Assembly: GCA_905215675.1 (NCBI GenBank)
Contig: CAJMRA010000001.1
Span: forward strand, 1-39,972
Direction: 5' to 3'
Length of the DNA: 39,972 nt
From: an uncultured bacterium
GTDB lineage: Bacteria; Desulfobacterota; Desulfovibrionia; Desulfovibrionales; Desulfovibrionaceae
How positions within the stretch are numbered: the first letter of the stretch is position 1; each line of letters opens with the position of its first letter. The translations under genes were made by a program, and so were the position numbers. This document shows positions 36,619 through 39,972 of this stretch, in pieces. The notes beneath the pieces were generated by a model that saw nothing but the letters and a program-made list of their open reading frames with translations, was not told the DNA's origin and made no database searches.

Positions 36619-37752
36619 TTATTCGGTAAAGGCTTCGATGATGTAGTTCTCGCCGTTGCTGCCCAGAAGCTGCACGGTCTGTTCGTTGGTGGCGACTTCG
36701 TAGGCGACCTGTTCGCGATCGAGCTCGCCGCTTTCGAGGGCGGCGATCCACGCGGCGCCGTCCACGCTGATGCCGGCGTTGCTGATCAGGGTGTTGACGT
36801 AATCGGCATTGCCCATGCCGTCGTACTTCTGATGGAACTCGTCGCAGTTGAGGAACGAACGCACCAGATGTTCGGTACTGCCGTCGGTGGCGCCCTTTTC
36901 AAACTCGTTCATCCACCAGTTGAGACCGCCCAGGGTGCTGTTGTCCCAGCCGTCCGCGCCGTCGATGGCTTCGCGGCCCAGGGCCACTTTGTACAGGGTG
37001 GCCACAAGGCTGTCGTGGGCGTTTTCGGCAATGACGGTAATGCTGTCGTCGGCGGTGATCACGCCGTCCTTGTTGGTGTCGAAGGTCACGACCTGCACGC
37101 CCTTCATGGTGATGGCGTTATCGCTGTGCATCACGACGTTGCCGTTTTCGATGGTAAAGGAGTGCGCCGCGCGACTATCCTGCAAGGTGAGCTGATCGAA
37201 GCCGTCGCCCGCATCAATGGTGGCCACGCCCACATTGGTATCCAGCTTGACGGTCATGTTGCCGGAACCGCCGGTGATGTGGCTTTGTCCGTCGCCCTGC
37301 AACAGCACCGTATCGTTGCCTTCGCCGGTGTTGACCGTGGCGTTGCCCGCCTTGAGCACAATCTGATCGTTGCCGCCGGCAGTGGCGATGGTGCTTTCGC
37401 CGCCGGTGGTTTCAACAGAGATGTTTTTGTCGGCGGCAAAGGTCACATTATTGTTGCCGCTGCCGAGTACCATAGCGGAAATGGCGGAATCGGCCGCAAA
37501 ATTCACATTGGCGCTGGTATTGCCTTCCATCACGACGACCTGCGCGCCGAGATCGGAGGTCACGTCGGCAGAGGCGGAAACGGCCTGCGTTCCTTCGACG
37601 ACGGGACCGGTACCGTCATAGCCGGATACGGTTACGTCCGTGGTTTCCGCGCCCAGCAGGGCAGAAATGGCATCTTTGGTCGTCTGGCTCAGTCCACTCC
37701 ACTTGTCATCAATCAATGCGGAGGTGGACATCTGTTGTTCATATGAGGCCAT
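36619..37752 (-). CDS. Putative S-layer/surface protein: acidic, Thr/Gly/Asp-rich, RTX-like repeats, C-terminal DUF4214, 377 aa
   Basis: GGGAGG RBS; no signal peptide. Repeats GSGNNNV, AGGNDQI, GEGNDTV, GDGFDQL; DUF4214-like LYKVALGRE...GLNWW...SFLNCDEF..KY...DYVNTL. Confidence 0.75.
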   Translation of the reverse strand: MASYEQQMSTSALIDDKWSGLSQTTKDAISALLGAETTDVTVSGYDGTGPVVEGTQAVSASADVTSDLGAQVVVMEGNTSANVNFAADSAISAMVLGSGNNNVTFAADKNISVETTGGESTIATAGGNDQIVLKAGNATVNTGEGNDTVLLQGDGQSHITGGSGNMTVKLDTNVGVATIDAGDGFDQLTLQDSRAAHSFTIENGNVVMHSDNAITMKGVQVVTFDTNKDGVITADDSITVIAENAHDSLVATLYKVALGREAIDGADGWDNSTLGGLNWWMNEFEKGATDGSTEHLVRSFLNCDEFHQKYDGMGNADYVNTLISNAGISVDGAAWIAALESGELDREQVAYEVATNEQTVQLLGSNGENYIIEAFTE

Positions 37753-37955
37753 ATGGTTCCTCCCGAGATGAGGCTTGCGCCGGTTGCCTGCGGTTGTGAG
37801 CAGAGAGGCCGCCCGGCGCTGGTTCGGTTCAGGCATCTTTCAGGAAACAGGCCGGACAGGAAATTCGGCAAGCGGGAGCCGGGACCGAATGCCTGTCTTC
37901 CGGAAGCGCACGTTGCCGCCGACATTTTCCGAAAAGGGCCAATCCCGAAGATGAG

Positions 37956-37981
37956 TCTTGAAATCGTCAGTTATTTCAAGA
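37956..37981. promoter_or_regulatory. Perfect inverted repeat (9-8-9); candidate operator or accessory site
   Basis: TCTTGAAAT-cgtcagtt-ATTTCAAGA, 22 bp from the left recombination site. Confidence 0.45.
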
Positions 37982-38003
37982 GGGTTATTCCGTCGGCTTC
38001 CAA

Positions 38004-38023
38004 TTGACAGACGTACTGTCGAT
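38004..38023. promoter_or_regulatory. Putative recombination site IRL of an invertible promoter
   Basis: TTGACAG-ACGTA-CTGTCGAT; the central 15 bp are the exact reverse complement of 38167-38181. Confidence 0.8.
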
Positions 38024-38122
38024 TGGCGGCAACGCGAAAAAAGACAAGAAATTTTATTTCTTCATAATTTATGGATTTTTTTAACAAAAAAACAAATATA
38101 AAAATTTTTTATGATCGAGGTA

Positions 38123-38151
38123 TTGTAAATTTTCAGGCTGGAAAGTATGAT
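38123..38151 (+). promoter_or_regulatory. Sigma70-type promoter inside the putative invertible segment, pointing away from the operon
   Basis: TTGTAA (38123-38128), a 17-nt spacer, TATGAT (38146-38151); A/T tracts upstream resemble an UP element. Confidence 0.75.
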
Positions 38152-38164
38152 TAGTCCGTATCTG

Positions 38165-38184
38165 TTGACAGTACGTCTGTCGAT
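38165..38184. promoter_or_regulatory. Putative recombination site IRR of an invertible promoter
   Basis: TTGACAG-TACGT-CTGTCGAT: the same arms as IRL with the core inverted. Confidence 0.8.
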
Positions 38185-38275
38185 GAATGGCGTAATGAAA
38201 GATGAAAGAGGAGAAACATTTTGTATTGCTTTTTAGATAGTTAGCTCTGTTTTTTCTGTGAGCGTACATATCGCG

Positions 38276-38320
38276 TCTTTTCAAATCCTCATGCGTTTTG
38301 TGAGCATGATCTTGAAAAGA
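38276..38320. terminator. Imperfect hairpin between the switch and the recombinase 3' end
   Basis: TCTTTTCAA...CTCA...TGAG...TTGAAAAGA. Confidence 0.4.
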
Positions 38321-38402
38321 TACACTATTTCTCATATTGAGCTGTGTTCTGGTTCTCTCGGCGTCAGGCTGTCGCGGTTCCGGGCACAGCTCTTTTTTTG
38401 CG

Positions 38403-39428
38403 TTAGGTTTCTTCAGGCACGTGTGCCGGCGTTCCTCTGGCGAGCGCTCCGGCGAGGGGCAGGTTCTGCGGGCGGGCGCGTGTTTTTCCGTGCGGGCGCA
38501 GCTGCGACAGCAGGCCGCTTACCGTTTCCGCCGCAAGAAGAAGGGATGTCTGCCCCAGGTGCGCATAACGCATGGTGGTACGCGGATCGCTGTGCCCGAG
38601 GAGCTTTTGTACTTCGTAGAGGGAGTGACCGGCGTTGACCAGAAAGCTGGCAAAACTATGCCGCAAATCATGAATCCGCACATCGTCCAGCCCCAGGGAA
38701 CGCCGTAGCGTATTCCAGAAGAGAAAGATGTCGGACAGCGGTTTGCCCGGAGCATGCCCGGGGAAGAGCCAGGGATTGTCCCCGGCGCGCGGTATGGCCC
38801 GGATGACGGCCATGGCCGCGTCAGATAACGGAATATGTCTGGGTTTGCCGGATTTGGATACGGGAATGGTCAGCAGGCGCAGATCCAGTCGTATGTTTTC
38901 CCAGCGCAGCCTGAGGATCTCGTTCTTCCGCGCCCCGGTCAGCAGAAGAAGGCGCAGCACCAGCGCTTCCTGTCTTCGGGAGCGCCGCAGGGCGTCCATA
39001 AGACGCCGGGCTTCCGATCGGGAAAGATATCTTTCCCGTTGTTCATGTATTTTGAAGGGGGCGACATGCGCGCAGGGAGAGGCGGGCACCATGTCGTGAA
39101 CGGCGGCCAGCGAACAAATACTCTTGAGGACGGCAAGAATCCTGTTGCAGGTCGCCGGGGCCAGCCCCCGCGAAGGCAGGGATTGCAGCCAGGTCTCCAC
39201 ATCCATACGGGATATGTCCGCGAGAGGACGATCGCCGAACATCGGCGAAAGGTGCTGGCGGGCAATACGTTCGTCCACGTGCCAGCTCCGCTTGCGTGAT
39301 TGAACATGCGGCAAATAGATGCGGGAGACGAAGGCATCGAGAGTGAGGCCGCCGGATGCCTTGCGTCTGCCGCTTCGCCGCCTGTGCGGGGATACCGCCG
39401 GGAGGGGAACCGGATAAAAGAGGGCCAT
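38403..39428 (-). CDS. Tyrosine recombinase (site-specific integrase/invertase), 341 aa
   Basis: Complete catalytic set: TGARKNE (R), SKSG (K), HDLRH (HxxR), LLGH (H), RYAH (Y). N-terminal core-binding domain; AGGAG RBS before the ATG at 39428. Confidence 0.93.
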   Translation of the reverse strand: MALFYPVPLPAVSPHRRRSGRRKASGGLTLDAFVSRIYLPHVQSRKRSWHVDERIARQHLSPMFGDRPLADISRMDVETWLQSLPSRGLAPATCNRILAVLKSICSLAAVHDMVPASPCAHVAPFKIHEQRERYLSRSEARRLMDALRRSRRQEALVLRLLLLTGARKNEILRLRWENIRLDLRLLTIPVSKSGKPRHIPLSDAAMAVIRAIPRAGDNPWLFPGHAPGKPLSDIFLFWNTLRRSLGLDDVRIHDLRHSFASFLVNAGHSLYEVQKLLGHSDPRTTMRYAHLGQTSLLLAAETVSGLLSQLRPHGKTRARPQNLPLAGALARGTPAHVPEET

Positions 39429-39650
39429 GCGCTTTGCTCCTGAAAAAACGGTGAATGCCGATATCGCCTGTACGGGGTCCGTCGGGATTGACGGCGGGCG
39501 CACAGGAGATTGCGACAGTGTATCACGGTTTCATCTGCGGAATGCACGACCTGCAGGTCTTATATTTTTTTATATAAATTAGTATGTTTGCGATGGTTTG
39601 CCGCACTACGGCGCGGCGCGAGCGGGCGGTTCCGGGACGGTCGAAAAGTC

Positions 39651-39832
39651 GGGGGAAAGCCCGTCCATATCTTCCACATGCAGGTTGACGCCCGCGTCTT
39701 CCTCTGCCAGAGTGGAAGCCACAGGAGGGGCCGCGTCCTCTGCCTGTATGGGCGATCCTGATTCCCCTGTCATTGATTGGGCAGGTAAGTTTGAGGGGTC
39801 GCCCTTTTTTGTTCTCCAGCCCTTGACATCGG
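39651..39832. repeat. 182-bp direct repeat, copy 2 (partner 5643-5824)
   Basis: Gapless alignment at a constant offset of 34008 bp. Confidence 0.9.
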
Positions 39833-39843
39833 CATTGATGTTG

Positions 39844-39912
39844 TAGAGCGTTTCAACTTTGAAAAAGGTGAAACGCGAGGCGGCGTCACAGCGCCGCCCG
39901 GCCAAAAGTGAG
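39844..39912 (+). mobile_element. Truncated copy of the MITE/REP-like element
   Basis: TAGAGCGTTTCAACTTTGAAAAAGGTGAAACGCGAGGCGGCGTCACAGCGCCGCCCGGCCAAAAGTGAG. Confidence 0.72.
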
Positions 39913-39972
39913 AGCCCTAACCATCGCCCGATGTAGGGCTGGCCGAGATCCAATCCGGAATATCCTGAATCT

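Noticed and set aside
27..36646. Many long + strand ORFs (e.g. 27-1193, 18517-21057, 29010-31019, 32118-34403, 34400-36646)
   Set aside because: They are antisense shadows of well-supported minus-strand genes in GC-rich DNA and have no recognisable motifs.
38004..38170. TTGACA in each IR as a functional -35 box
   Set aside because: No acceptable -10 hexamer at 16-18 nt spacing that I could find; the internal TTGTAA-N17-TATGAT fits much better.
38202..38240. 12-codon ORF MKEEKHFVLLFR downstream of the OFF-facing promoter
   Set aside because: Too short to support without conservation or ribosome-profiling data.
39606..39953. 115-aa ORF as an intact gene
   Set aside because: It reads through the MITE-like element into the repeat; treated as a gene remnant.

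Overview
This is a GC-rich bacterial window, probably Desulfovibrionaceae (my inference from the TAGAGC...GCTCTA intergenic repeats and gene content). Positions 1-5642 are ordinary: a ybhGFSR-type ABC efflux operon and an EamA gene. The rest is a ~34-kb cell-surface locus bracketed by two ~82%-identical 182-bp direct repeats. Its core is one ~30-kb, 17-gene minus-strand run (37752->7579). The run starts with a signal-peptide-less, RTX-like/DUF4214 surface (S-layer-like) protein and continues through many GT2/GT4 glycosyltransferases. It includes a 2109-aa radical SAM + FkbM methyltransferase + 4xGT2 protein, a GT10 fucosyltransferase + methyltransferase + DUF268 fusion, gmd-fcl-manC and wzm-wzt, with manB convergent at the far end. 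The most notable signal lies directly upstream of the run. Two 20-bp recombinase-type sites (38004-38023, 38165-38184) have identical arms but reverse-complementary cores, and they enclose a TTGTAA-N17-TATGAT promoter that currently points away from the operon. A catalytically intact tyrosine recombinase gene is adjacent. I read this as a candidate invertible-promoter phase switch, captured OFF, for a surface protein plus its methylated/fucosylated glycan. Start codons were re-assigned by eye, and domain calls come from motif recognition, not database searches.
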